Of a stretch of 64,000 nt of DNA, positions 38,201 to 50,780 are shown in pieces. Numbering within the stretch: position 1 is the stretch's first letter; every line of letters begins with the position of its first letter. The position numbers were made by a program, and so were the translations under genes. The stretch comes from Ranitomeya imitator (taxonomy: Eukaryota). The DNA lies in the NCBI RefSeq assembly GCF_032444005.1, contig NC_091284.1:16120001-16184000 (forward strand). The letters are read 5' to 3'. The notes under the pieces are model-generated. The model was not told the DNA's origin, did no database searches, and saw nothing but the letters and a program-made list of their open reading frames with translations.

Positions 38201-41200
38201 AGCAGCACAGAGGATGTCAGGAGAGGGCAGCGGGGCCACAGAACAGAGGATGTCAGGAGAGGACAGCGGGGCCCCAGCAGCACAGAGGATGTCAGGAAAG
38301 GGCAGCGGGGCCCCAGCAGCACAGAGGATGTCAGGAGAGGGCAGCGGGGCCCCAGGAGCACAGAGGATGTCAGGAGAGGGCAGCGGGGCCACAGAACAGA
38401 GGATGTCAGGAGAGGACAGCGGGGCCCCAGCAGCACAGAGGATGTCAGGAAAGGGCAGCGGGGCCCCAGCAGCACAGAGGATGTCAGGAAAGGGCAGCGG
38501 GGTCCCAGCAGCACAGAGGATGTCAGGAGAGGGCAGCGGGGCCCCAGCAGCACAGAGGATGTCAGGAGAGGGCAGCGGGGTCCCAGCAGCACAGAGGATG
38601 TCAGGAGAGGGCAGCGGGGTCCCAGGAGCACAGAGGATGTCAGGAGAGGGCAGCGGGGCCCCAGCAGCACAGAGGATGTCAGGAGAGGGCAGCGGGGTCC
38701 CAGCAGCACAGAGGATGTCAGGAGAGGGCAGCGGGGCCCCAGCAGCACAGAGGATGTCAGGAGAGGGCAGCGGGGCATCAGCAGTACAGAGGATGTCAGG
38801 AGAGGGCAGCGGGGTCCCAGCAGCACAGAGGATGTCAGGAGAGGGCAGCGGGGCCCCAGCAGCACAGAGGATGTCAGGAGAGGGCAGCGGGGTTCAGCAG
38901 CACAGAGGATGTCAGGAGAGGGCAGCGGGGCCCCAGCAGCACAGAGGATGTCAGGAGAGGGCAGTGGGGTCCCATCACAGAGGATGTCAGGAGAGGGCAG
39001 CGGGGCCCCAGCAGCACAGAGGATGTCAGGAGAGGGCAGCGGGGCTCCCAGCAGCACAGAGGATGTCAGGAGAGGGCAGCGGGGCCCCAGCAGCACAGAG
39101 GATGTCAGGAGAGGGCAGCGGGGCCCCAGCAGCACAGAGGATGTCAGGAGAGGGCAGCGGGGCCCCAGCAGCACAGAGGATGTCAGGAGAGGGCAGCGGG
39201 GCCCCAGCAGCACAGAGGATGTCAGGAGAGGGCATCGGGGCCCCAGCAGCACAGAGGATGTCAGGAGAGGGCAGCGGGGTCCCAGCAGCACAGAGGATGT
39301 CAGGAGAGGGCAGCGGGGCCCCAGCAGCACAGAGGGTGTCAGGAGAGGGCAGCGGGGCCCCAGCAGCACAGAGGATGTCAGGAGAGGGCAGCGGGGTCCC
39401 AGCAGCACAGAGGATGTCAGGAGAGGGCAGCGGGGCCCCAGCAGCACAGAGGATGTCAGGAGAGGGCAGCGGGGCCCCAGCAGCACAGAGGATGTCAGGA
39501 GAGGGCAGCGGGGCCCCAGCAGCACAGAGGATGTCAGGAGAGGGCAGCGGGGTCCCAGCAGCACAGAGGATGTCAGGAGAGGGCAGCGGGGTCCCAGCAG
39601 CACAGAGGATGTCAGGAGAGGGCAGCGGGGCCCCAGCAGCACAGAGGATGTCAGGAGAGGACTGATTACATGGCAGTAATGTAAGCGCAGGTCCTCAGGC
39701 TGTGACTTTTTTGCAGGGCAGAACATCAGGAAGTCCTGGAGGAATATAAGGAGGGGATCGGGAAGTTTGCAGGTGAGCTCTCCTCTACCTGCAGTAACCG
39801 TCTGTCCATAGCTAAAGTCCTAATAAAGTGAGTGATGGGATGAGCTGCCGATTCCAAACCAAACCTGCCTGTAGTTATAAAATCTGATGTTTGTGCCTTT
39901 TCCCCTCTTCCCTTTCTTCTCTTCCTCCCTCTTCCCTTTCTTCTCTTCCTCCCTCTTCCCTTTCTTCTCTTCCTCCCTCTTCCCTTTCTTCTCTTCCTCC
40001 CTCTTCCCTTTCTTCTCTTCCTCCCTCTTCCCTTTCTTCTCTTCCTCCCTCTTCCCCTTCTTCTCTTCCTCCCTCTTCCCTTTCTTCTCTTCCTCCCTCT
40101 TCCCTTTCTTCTCTTCCTCCCTCTTCCCTTTCTTCTCTTCCTCCCTCTTCCCTTTCTTCTCTTCCTCCCCTTCTATCTAATCTATCATATATCATTGTGC
40201 TCAAAAGTTTACATACCCCGGCTGAATGATGCATTATGAATTATGAAGAGAAAACACAGTAGTCTGACAATAAATGGCTTCACCCAACCACTAACCATGA
40301 GGGGAGGAAAAGTTTTGGTGTTATCGTTGAAAAAAGGCCAAGAAAGCAATAATTCTGCCGGGGTGTGTAAACTTTTGAGCACAACTGTATCTATCGGTTA
40401 TCTACCTATCTTGTGATGTGCAGACTTTTGTTGTCTTGCAGTGCTGACATTTGGGGTCTCCGGTGTTTTCCGCCCCCCGTGTCTGGTGACATCCTGTGTG
40501 GTCAGGGTGATGATATGAAGCAGGATGTGACCCCAATAATGGTTCTCGTCGTTTTGTGTTTCTCTTGTAGGTTTATCAGACACTTTGCTCTATTGCTCAA
40601 TACACGACCCCGTCGCTCCGGCCGCCCCCGGATTTAACACCAACAAGGTAAGTTCATCCAGAGGTCTAAACTTGTCCTAATTCAACAGTTCTCGCAGCTG
40701 AGGTTTTGCTACAGCTGTGTCCAGCCTACACTGTGCGCTGTAAGGCGAATGTGACAGCTTGGAGTCTAGGCTGCGACATAGAAGATTGTGTAGACTGGAC
40801 ACAATTGTACCAAACCCACAGCTGTGAGAAGTAAACTGTATTTTCAGCCTTCAAATGTTAAGAAGAAACTCGCATTCCCTGTCTGCCAGCAGAGATATTG
40901 AAAATGTTACAACATTGACCGTTCATCCTGAGCCTCCTGTTTCTTGATCTTCTTGTCTCCCCTCCATAGACTGTGTCAGTCTGGGGTTCTGGGGGGCGAT
41001 TGGAGCTGACGCCCCAGAAGTTCATCTCCTTGCAGAACGCCCTGGGTGTGGACTGGATCCAGTGCTTGTGTGACGGGGAGGCGATGGCCGACGGCTGCTC
41101 CAGAAAGAGGGCGAAGAGGTCCGTGGACCGATCTCTGGCGTTTCTGGATGAATGTCTGAAGCTGATGTCTGAGAGCGAGGTCAGTATAAGGGGAGCAGAG

Positions 41201-44200
41201 GATCGGGCACAGGGGGCCACGAGGTCAATGACCCCTTCTTAAAGGGATCATCTGTAACCAGCGGCTTCTTGTTCCAGGCTCTGAAGCAGAAGGTTGTGAT
41301 TGGAGCCATTGAGGGAGGAGACCTCCAGGAGGAGAGACTGAGATCCGCGCGAGAGACGGCCAAGAGACCCGTGAGCGGCTTCCTGCTGGACGGATTCCAG
41401 GGGCCCAGTGCGAACCCCGAGGCCAAGCTGAACCTGATCGCCGCGGTCACGGCGGAGTTACCAGAGGACAAGCCGCGGTGAGCAGCCGGCACATCACGGT
41501 GCAGCCTGCAGCAAACCCTCCGCTCTTTGTGCTCTGTCTCTGATAACCACGTTCAGTGACAGCAGGCAGAGATCTTGAAAACAAATCTTAATACATTTTT
41601 TCATTTTTAAATGCAGAACTCGGAATCCCCTGTCTGGTGTAAAGTCATCTAGGATTATACCTGCAGCGGCCACCAGGGGGAGTTCAGGGCCAGCGCACAC
41701 AGTCTGCAGTAGGCTCCCAAGCTCCCCCTAGTGGCGGCTGCAGGTGGAATTGTGTTATGTGACTTTCGGGAGTCGGAGCTCCGTATCAGAAATCCGCCTG
41801 ATCATCTGGAGCAATGTCGCTCCTGGTTTCCTCTCTTTTTTCCTTATAGTGATTAATACTCTCCTACATTAACTCTTCCCTTCACCTTCTCCAGGGTGAT
41901 CCATGGCATGGGGCGGCCGGATCAGGTTATGGACTGCATTGAGCGCGGCGTGGATCTGTTTGACAGCACTTTCCCGTATGAAGTGACAGAGAGAGGCTGC
42001 GCCCTGTGCTTCACCCACCAATACCAGCCGGACCCCGAGACCGCAGGTGAACCGCAGCACCCTGGTAAATGTGCTCGCACTTCATGTCTGTCCATGTTAC
42101 ATGCCAGCGGGGGGATTACTCCATCATACAGGATGATCCACTCGCTGCTTTACCCGGAAAAAATTGCTGTAATTTTTAAAAGAGACGGTCGACCGTACTG
42201 AAATTTGGACTGTACATACTTAGAGTGAGAGTGCAGTGAAGCTCAGCGACAAGAAACATCCTCACCCCGAGTGGTCTCGTCGACTTGTCGCTCGCCTTCA
42301 TTACTAGAGAGACTTGCTGCTCCCCTTCCCGCATGTCGGTGGTCTATGTGCGGTGCTCTCCTTCCTACGTGTCGGTGGTCTATGTGCGGTGCTCTCCTTC
42401 CTACGTGTCGGTGGTCTATGTGCGGTGCTCTCCTTCCTACGTGTCGGTGTTCTATGTGCGGTGCTCTCCTTCCTACGTGTCGGTGTTCTATGTGCGGTGC
42501 TCTCCTTCCTGCGTGTCGGTGTTCTATGTGCGGTGCTCTCCTTCCTGCGTGTCGGTGTTCTATGTGCGGTGCTCTCCTTCCTACGTGTCGGTGTTCTATG
42601 TGCGGTGCTCTCCTTCCTGCGTGTCGGTGTTCTATGTGCGGTGCTCGCCCTCCTGCATGTCGGCGGTCTTTTGTGTAGTGCTCGCCATCCTGCGTGTCGG
42701 TGGTCTGTGTACGGTGCTCGCCATCCTGCGTGTCGGTGGTCTTTGTGTAGTGCTCGCCCTCCTGCGTGTCGGTGGTCTTTTGTGTACTGCTTGCCTTTTC
42801 CTTAGTGTCGGTGGCCTTTGTGTAGTGCTCGCCTTCATGCGTGGCGGTGGTCTTTGTGTAGTGCTCGCCTTCCTGCGTGGCGGTGGTCTTTGTGTAGTGC
42901 TCGCCTCCCTGCGTGGCGGTGGTCTTTGTGTACTGCTCGCCTTCCTGCGTGGCGGTGGTCTTTGTGTAGTGCTCGCCTTCCCACGTGTCGGTGGTCTAGG
43001 TCCGGTGCTCGCCTTCCTGCGTGTCGGTGGTCTTTGTGTAGTGCTTGCCTTCCCGCGTGTCGGTGGTCTGTGTACAGTGCTCGCCTTCCCGTGTGTCGGT
43101 GGTCTATGTGTAGTGCTCGCCTTCATGCGTGGCGGTGGTCTTTGTGTAGTGCTCGCCTTCCTGCGTGGCGGTGGTCTTTGTGTAGTGCTCGCCTTCCTGC
43201 GTGGCGGTGGTCTTTGGGTAGTGCTCGCCTTCCTGCGTGTCGGTGGTCTTTGTGTAGTGCTTGCCTTCCCACGTGGCGGTGTCTAGGTCCGGTGCTCTCC
43301 TTCCCGCGTGTCGGTGGTCTAGGTCCGGTGCTCGCCTTCCCGTGTGTCGGTGGTCTATGTGTAGTGCTCGTCTTCCCGCGTGTCTGTGGTCTAGGTCCGG
43401 TGCTCGCCTTCCTGCGTGTCAGTGGTCTTTGTGTAGTGCTTGCCTTCCCACGTGGCGGTGGTCTAGGTCCGGTGCTCGCCTTCCTGCGTGTCGGTGGTCT
43501 TTGTGTAGTGCTCGCCTTCCCATGTGGCGGTGGTCTAGGTCCGGTGCTCGCCTTCCCGCGTGTCGGTGGTCTAAGTCCGGTGCTCGCCTTCCCGCGTGTC
43601 GGTGGTCTAGGTCCGGTGCTCGCCTTCCCGCGTGTCGGTGGTCTCTGTGTAGTGCTCGCCTTCCCGCATGGCGGTGGTCTTTGTGTAGTTCTCGCCTCCC
43701 TGCGTGGCGGTGGTCTTTGTGTAGTGCTCGCCTCCCTGCGTGGCGGTGGTCTTTGTGTAGTGCTCGCCTCCCTGCGTGGCGGTGGTCTTTGTGTAGTGCT
43801 CGCCTCCCTGCGTGGCGGTGGTCTTTGTGTAGTGCTCGCCTCCCTGCGTGGCGGTGGTCTTTGTGTAGTGCTCGCCTCCCTGCGTGGCGGTGGTCTTTGT
43901 GTAGTGCTCGCCTCCCTGCGTGGCGGTGGTCTTTGTGTAGTGCTCGCCTCCCTGCGTGGCGGTGGTCTTTGTGTAGTGCTCGCCTCCCTGCGTGGCGGTG
44001 GTCTTTGTGTAGTGTTCGCCTTCCTTCGTGGCGGTGGTCTTTGACGACTGACGGACTGTGGCCACCAACATCGCCTGACTTAACAGCGCCATGTTTTTTT
44101 CTTCGCGGCCCTTTGCAGTGTCGGGTGCATAGTAACAAGCTGCGATCATTACTGGGGCTCTGAGAGAACATACGGCGAGACATTCAGGCTACGACCCCAG

Positions 44201-47200
44201 ACATCCTGCATAGGGAGCTGCCGTGCCGGAGTGATTGGACATTTACAACACCGGCTTTATAACGTTTCTCATGGACCAAGTTATCTACAGTCCGAATTTC
44301 AGTGCAATAAATCGTCCCTTTTAGACGTTACATCGATGTTTTGGGGTAAAGTAGCGAGTGAATCCCCTGGAGTATTTATGCAGTTTACAAAAGTATCATC
44401 TCCCCTAAAGAAAGATCTGTATTAATAGTCTCCAAATGATCAGAAAACCAAATCACATGGTACTGAGCGTAAAGAAGAGGGGGAGAAGGCTCCGCGGCCC
44501 CCAGTGATCCCACAGTGTGGTGTCTGCCCGACTGCGGGGGCCGCACCATAAATGTCTCTCCCTAATAAGAACACTACTAATACGTGAAGACTCGTCACCG
44601 AGGATATAGATCAATATAGTAATAATCCCCAAGGAAACAAAGTAAAAGATCGTGTAATAAAACAAAAAACGCCAGTCCACGCGTTTCTCCTCCATGGGGG
44701 GTTTCATCAGGAGGCCGAGGACCCAATAGGTGCCCTGGATAACGCCTTCCAAGCTGACGTCAGAGCGGTACTGTGCACAGTGGCCCAAAATGCCCCAAAG
44801 TCGCACGCTCCTCACATGTCCGATTCCTGATCACATTGTTCTCCTTGAGATGATCCGCCGGCAGACATTCTGGCAGAGGCTTTCTCATAGAGGACACGGG
44901 AGCACTCGGCCGGGTGGGTGACAGGCAAGATGGCTGCCGGCTGAACGATCGGCCAAAGTCTGGAGGTGGACAAAGTGGAGTCTGTACTTGGAGGCACCAG
45001 GATGGCCGTCCTCCACATGACACCAGATGGGGGGTCACCAAAGTGTTTTCTAATGCACCTGCTGAGCTTACACCTCTGCCAGCACAGCGGACCCCTGAGA
45101 GGACCGTCCCCCAATAGACGCATAGTCGCCTCCAGGTGCCGCCACCCTTACAGGTCTCGCCACGTTCCAACACCGTGCTGATTTCTGGTGAACGAAACCA
45201 TTTTTGGAGGAACTATGTCCCTCAAATCTGGACCCTCCAGGAGACTCCTCCAGTGTTTCCTTCCAATATCGTGTACATGACTCCCCGGAGATCCTTATCG
45301 GCCCCCGACCTCCCGGCCGTTGTGTGTCCGTCAGGGTTGTCTGTGATGTAGGATCTGTCTGTAAGAATCATCCACAGTAATATAACGGCCCGGCCTCTAC
45401 TCCGCCAATACACTAATATAACGGCCCGGCCTCTACTCCGCCAGTACACTAATATAACGGCCCAGCCTCTACTCCACCATTACACTAATATAACGGCCCG
45501 GCCTCTACTCCACCATTACACTAATATAACGGCCCGGCCTCTACTCCGCCAGTACACTAATATAACGGCCCAGCCTCTACTCCACCATTACACTAATATA
45601 ACGGCCCGGCCTCTACTCCGCCATTACACTAATATAACGGCCCGGCCTCTACTCCGCCAGTACACTAATATAACGGCCCAGCCTCTACTCCACCATTACA
45701 CTAATATAACGGCCCGGCCTCTACTCCACCATAACACTAATAACAGCCCGGCCTCTACTCCACCATAACACTAATAACGGCCCGGCCTCTACTCCGCCAT
45801 TACACTAATATAACGGCCCGGCCTCTACTCCGCCATTACACTAATATAACGGCCCAGCCTCTACTCCACCATTACACTAATATAACGGCCCGGCCTCTAC
45901 TCCACCATTACACTAATATAACGGCCCGGCCTCTACTCCACCAGTACATTAATATAACGGCCCGGCCTCTACTCCACCATAACACTAATAACGGCCCGGC
46001 CTCTACTCCGCCATTACACTAATATAACGGCCCGGCCTCTACTCCACCAGTACATTAATATAACAGCCCGGCCTCTACTCCACCATAACACTAATAACAG
46101 CCCGGCCTCTACTCCGCCATTACACTAATATCACGGCCCGGCCTCTACTCCGCCATTACACTAATATATCGGCCCGGCCTCTACTCCGCCATTACACTAA
46201 TATATCGGCCCGGCCTCTACTCCGCCATTACACTAATATAACGGCCCGGCCTCTACTCCGCCATTACACTAATATAACGGCCCGGCCTCTACTCCGCCAT
46301 TACACTAATATATCGGCCCGGCCTCTACTCCGCCATTACACTAATATAACGGCCCGGCCTCTACTCCACCAGTACAGTAATATAACGGCCCGGCCTCTAC
46401 TCCACCAGTACAGTAATATAACGGCTCGGCCTCTACTCCGCCATTACACTAATATATCGGCCCGGCCTCTACTCCGCCATTACACTAATATAACGGCCCG
46501 GCCTCTACTCCACCAGTACAGTAATATAACGGCCCGGCCTCTACTCCACCAGTACATTAATATAACGGCCCGGCCTCTACTCCACCATAACACTAATAAC
46601 GGCCCGGCCTCTACTCCGCCATTACACTAATATAACGGCCCGGCCTCTACTCCACCAGTACATTAATATAACGGCCCGGCCTCTACTCCACCATAACACT
46701 AATAACAGCCCGGCCTCTACTCCGCCATTACACTAATATCACGGCCCGGCCTCTACTCCGCCATTACACTAATATATCGGCCCGGCCTCTACTCCGCCAT
46801 TACACTAATATATCGGCCCGGCCTCTACTCCGCCATTACACTAATATAACGGCCCGGCCTCTACTCCGCCATTACACTAATATAACGGCCCGGCCTCTAC
46901 TCCGCCATTACACTAATATATCGGCCCGGCCTCTACTCCGCCATTACACTAATATAACGGCCCGGCCTCTACTCCACCAGTACAGTAATATAACGGCCCG
47001 GCCTCTACTCCACCAGTACAGTAATATAACGGCTCGGCCTCTACTCCGCCATTACACTAATATAACGGCCCGGCCTCTACTCCGCCAGTACACTAATATA
47101 ACGGCCCAGCCTCTACTCCACCATTACACTAATATAACGGCCCGGCCTCTACTCCGCCATTACACTAATATAACGGCCCGGCCTCTACTCCGCCATTACA

Positions 47201-48982
47201 CTAATATAACGGCCCGGCCTCTACTCCACCAGTACATTAATATAACGGCCCGGCCTCTACTCCACCATAACACTAATAACAGCCCGGCCTCTACTCCGCC
47301 ATTACACTAATATCACGGCCCGGCCTCTACTCCGCCATTACACTAATATATCGGCCCGGCCTCTACTCCGCCATTACACTAATATATCGGCCCGGCCTCT
47401 ACTCCGCCATTACACTAATATAACGGCCCGGCCTCTACTCCGCCATTACACTAATATAACGGCCCGGCCTCTACTCCGCCATTACACTAATATATCGGCC
47501 CGGCCTCTACTCCGCCATTACACTAATATAACGGCCCGGCCTCTACTCCACCAGTACAGTAATATAACGGCCCGGCCTCTACTCCACCAGTACAGTAATA
47601 TAACGGCTCGGCCTCTACTCCGCCATTACACTAATATATCGGCCCGGCCTCTACTCCGCCATTACACTAATATAACGGCCCGGCCTCTACTCCACCAGTA
47701 CAGTAATATAACGGCCCGGCCTCTACTCCACCAGTACATTAATATAACGGCCCGGCCTCTACTCCACCATAACACTAATAACGGCCCGGCCTCTACTCCA
47801 CCATAACACTAATAACGGCCCGGCCTCTACTCCGCCATTACACTAATATAACGGCCCGGCCTCTACTCCGCCATTACACTAATATAACGGCCCGGCCTCT
47901 ACTCCACCAGTACATTAATATAACGGCCCGGCCTCTACTCCACCATAACACTAATAACAGCCCGGCCTCTACTCCGCCATTACACTAATATCACGGCCCG
48001 GCCTCTACTCCGCCATTACACTAATATATCGGCCCGGCCTCTACTCCGCCATTACACTAATATATCGGCCCGGCCTCTACTCCGCCATTACACTAATATA
48101 ACGGCCCGGCCTCTACTCCGCCATTACACTAATATAACGGCCCGGCCTCTACTCCGCCATTACACTAATATATCGGCCCGGCCTCTACTCCGCCATTACA
48201 CTAATATAACGGCCCGGCCTCTACTCCACCAGTACAGTAATATAACGGCCCGGCCTCTACTCCACCAGTACAGTAATATAACGGCTCGGCCTCTACTCCG
48301 CCATTACACTAATATAACGGCCCGGCCTCCACCACAGTAGTATAACAGCGCCTCATTATATGATAATGGCGCGGTGTTTCTCTGAAGCTCTTGACATTTG
48401 CAGTATTTTCTCTGTGACCGCGATTTTCTTTCTTCCAGTCTTAGAACAGGAGGAGCCGAGTAATGGGGAGAAGAACGAGGAGAAATCTGAGGATCCAGAG
48501 ACCGACGGCTCTGACGTCACCTCCTTCGAGATCTGCCTGAAGGAGAAACGGTGCGTGGCTCCTCGCTCACATGACACCACCGCGCCGCACACGTGACACG
48601 CCGACGTCTAATCACCGTACAATGACAGTGACGGTCTGCACCTGACCTACACTTCACACCTGACCGTTCATATTCGGTGACAGCAAGCGGTGATAATAGA
48701 GACCTTCAGACCTTGGATGAAATAAATCTAAACGTTTCCTCGTCTCGCAGGTTTCGTGAAGACTTTGGGCCTCTCCTAGAGGGCTGCACGTGTTACTGCT
48801 GCCGCCACCACAGCCGCGCCTACGTCCACCACCTCCTGACCGCCAAGGAGCTACTGGCCGGGATCCTCCTCATGATGCACAACTTCCAGCAATACTTCAG
48901 CTTCTTCCGATCGGTGCGTCAAGCGATGAGTGACGGGAAGTTCTCCGACCTGAAGCAGATGATCCGGAGACAATCGTCCTGA
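32264..48982 (+). CDS. QTRT2: Queuine tRNA-ribosyltransferase accessory subunit 2 (QTRTD1), 412 aa
   Basis: Coding exons 32264-32463, 39717-39772, 40571-40647, 40970-41179, 41278-41477, 41895-42046, 48439-48550, 48751-48982. All introns are GT-AG with consistent phases; total 1239 nt. Motifs: [48 protein letters not shown], and the Zn site [17 protein letters not shown]...MHN. Confidence 0.96.
32470..39661. repeat. 39-bp minisatellite filling the first coding intron of QTRT2 (split by CR1 at 34189-35683)
   Basis: Unit AGCAGCACAGAGGATGTCAGGAGAGGGCAGCGGGGCCCC; no stop codon in any plus-strand frame. Confidence 0.97.
34189..35683 (+). mobile_element. 5'-truncated CR1 LINE (intact RT and C-terminal region, no endonuclease) in a QTRT2 intron
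   Basis: RT motifs [31 protein letters not shown]; stop at 35571; 3' tail (TATGTTAC)n; AGGAGA duplicated at 34183-34188 and 35684-35689 (TSD); interrupts the 39-bp array. Confidence 0.95.
39900..40170. repeat. 24-bp homopyrimidine repeat (TTCCCTTTCTTCTCTTCCTCCCTC)
   Basis: Pure C/T strand, ~11 copies. Confidence 0.95.
42129..44369 (+). mobile_element. Old Tc1/mariner-superfamily element whose interior is replaced by a 36-bp minisatellite
   Basis: Degenerate ~60-bp TIRs (TA|CAGGATGATCCACTCGCTGCTTTACCC versus CAGGGGATTCACTCGCTACTTTACCC on the opposite strand). Transposase C-terminal remnant [25 protein letters not shown] at 44056-44230 (family motif WPPRSPDLTPxDFFLWG). Confidence 0.65.
42330..44042. 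repeat. 36-bp minisatellite with positional subfamilies
   Basis: The unit drifts from GTCGGTGGTCTATGTGCGGTGCTCTCCTTCCTACGT to GGCGGTGGTCTTTGTGTAGTGCTCGCCTCCCTGCGT. Confidence 0.95.
45380..48330. repeat. 36-bp minisatellite with higher-order blocks
   Basis: Unit CTAATATAACGGCCCGGCCTCTACTCCGCCATTACA. Confidence 0.97.
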
Positions 48983-49019
48983 GATCCGGGCCCGGGTTAT
49001 GACGCTGCTGTACCAATAT

Positions 49020-49025
49020 AATAAA
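49020..49025 (+). terminator. Candidate polyadenylation signal for QTRT2
   Basis: AATAAA ~38 nt after the QTRT2 stop codon. Confidence 0.35.
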
Positions 49026-49679
49026 AGGGACACAAACCGGGGATTTTATAACTGCTGCTCCCCGGGCGTGAATAATTCTGCATTGGTCGGGTCTGTAGAG
49101 GAGGACTCTCTGCTGCCAGGGGTGTAGATCTCCCCGTTCTATGTACTGCAGCAATCCTGTCATTGAGGGACCATACACACATCTGCTGGTGACGGTTTGG
49201 GTATTAGGCGCCTCTTCATGGGGATTTCCGTTACTCCTTACAAACGTGTCTCTGCTGCATCAGGGACGTTCCTCCTCATCAGATCTGTTGCTTTGGCTCC
49301 TCTACACCTGATCATCGCCTTCTTACCCAGCAGATGCCACACCTGACGCGTTCATCCTTATACGTCTGACAAGCCCAGCTCTGCTACATCAGCGCTTCCC
49401 GCTCACCTTCTCGTGTGAATGGGATGAGACCGACGATGATGAACCGCGTCCAACAAACAGACGAAACAGCAAAAAGGATCCAAAACCCAGTTGTGTCCGG
49501 AGCTTCTATGTAGTTCTAAAGATATTCATTGAAAGTCAGAAATGTTTCAAACATCCATCGGCATCTCGGCCTCATTGGATTCTGGGAGCAGCGAGGGATC
49601 GAGGAGACCATGGGCCCTGAGCAGAAGTTTTCCCTCTGCCTTTTCACACCCTTGTCCTGCCCCCATGTCTGTGCAGGTT

Positions 49680-50780
49680 CGAGGGGTTTTCATTAATTTA
49701 TCTGAATATCAAAATAAACTTTTTTGAGAAAATTGGCCTCACGACTTTTAATTTGATCCTCCGAGATTTCACCACACTTCTCCATTGATCGGATGCTCTC
49801 CGAATAGAAGGAGACTTCTCGCTGCCGTAAGATCCCTGTTACTGCCTCTTTGACTGACTTGTCTTCAGGTTGTAAAATAAAGTGATTTCTGGCAGCTGGG
49901 TCTGGACTGTCGGGTGGGTGGGAAGCTCCATGGAGCAGCATTCCCTGATAGCAGCTTGTGATTTGCAAGATTTGTGGGCTGGCGCATTGTTGCGAAACAT
50001 CGGCCGACAACTTTCCCTAGCGTTGCTCTGTGCCTCACGCCCTCATTGTTGAAGCAGAGGTGTCTCCAGTAATTGTCTTCTGTGACATGACTTCTAGCCA
50101 TAAAACGCCTTGTGTATCCAAAAGTCACCAAGCTACGACTTACCTACTGTGGACTCATCATACGAAGAGGCCAATCACTGGAGAAGGACATCAAGTTCAA
50201 AAGAACAGAAGGAACAAGGTGAAGAGGATGACCAGCAATCTAATGGCTTGATACTGTCAAGATAAGGCTGGAGAAGACCGTGGTGGACCTATCTAGGCTT
50301 GGACAAGATCCATCTTCCAACAGAGCGTTCATCCATCAAGTCGCCATGGCTCGAGATCGAGCTGACGGCTGTTAAAGAAGTATCACAAAAAACTGTTGCC
50401 ACCATCTTTCCAGCTGACTGCTGGACACAAAATGTCTCTGGAGTTGATGATCCCTTGTGCCTCCTTTATTTGGTCTCAGGATCATAGTGAAGCAGCCATG
50501 TTTCTGGAATAGATGCCTCCTGGATTTTCTTAAGCAGGTCTAAATTTTCTTGGCTAAATTGCGGGCGACATGTTTTTTGCTCAGTCGTCAACATTCGTGG
50601 CACCGAACCAGGAACTGAACATCATCAAAACATCATAAGTGATACTGTTAACTGAGCCAAATGAATTGCCTAATTCATGAGCTTTGACCTGACCATATTC
50701 CAAAATCATGGAAGGCTCATTTCCTCGAGAGGTTGCCCTGAACGGGGCTCATCTTCAATTGATTCCTTGACGCATTTAAA
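49680..50780 (-). mobile_element. Degenerate mariner (DD34D-type) transposon remnant
   Basis: Minus-strand fragments WVPRMLT, HYDPETK and HPPDSPDPA (canonical HPPYSPDLAP); CGAGGGG TIR-like end at 49680; many stops and frameshifts. The right boundary is approximate. Confidence 0.7.

Noticed and set aside
35609-39726. 1126-1356-aa ORFs
   Set aside because: Stop-free 39-bp array, open in all three plus frames; intronic in QTRT2.
42271-44183. Cys/Val-rich or His-rich repeat ORFs
   Set aside because: Translations of the 36-bp minisatellite.
49425-49475. GATGA...GTC-loop-GAC-GAAAC hammerhead look-alike
   Set aside because: No CUGAnGA box adjacent to stem II and no supportable stems I and III.
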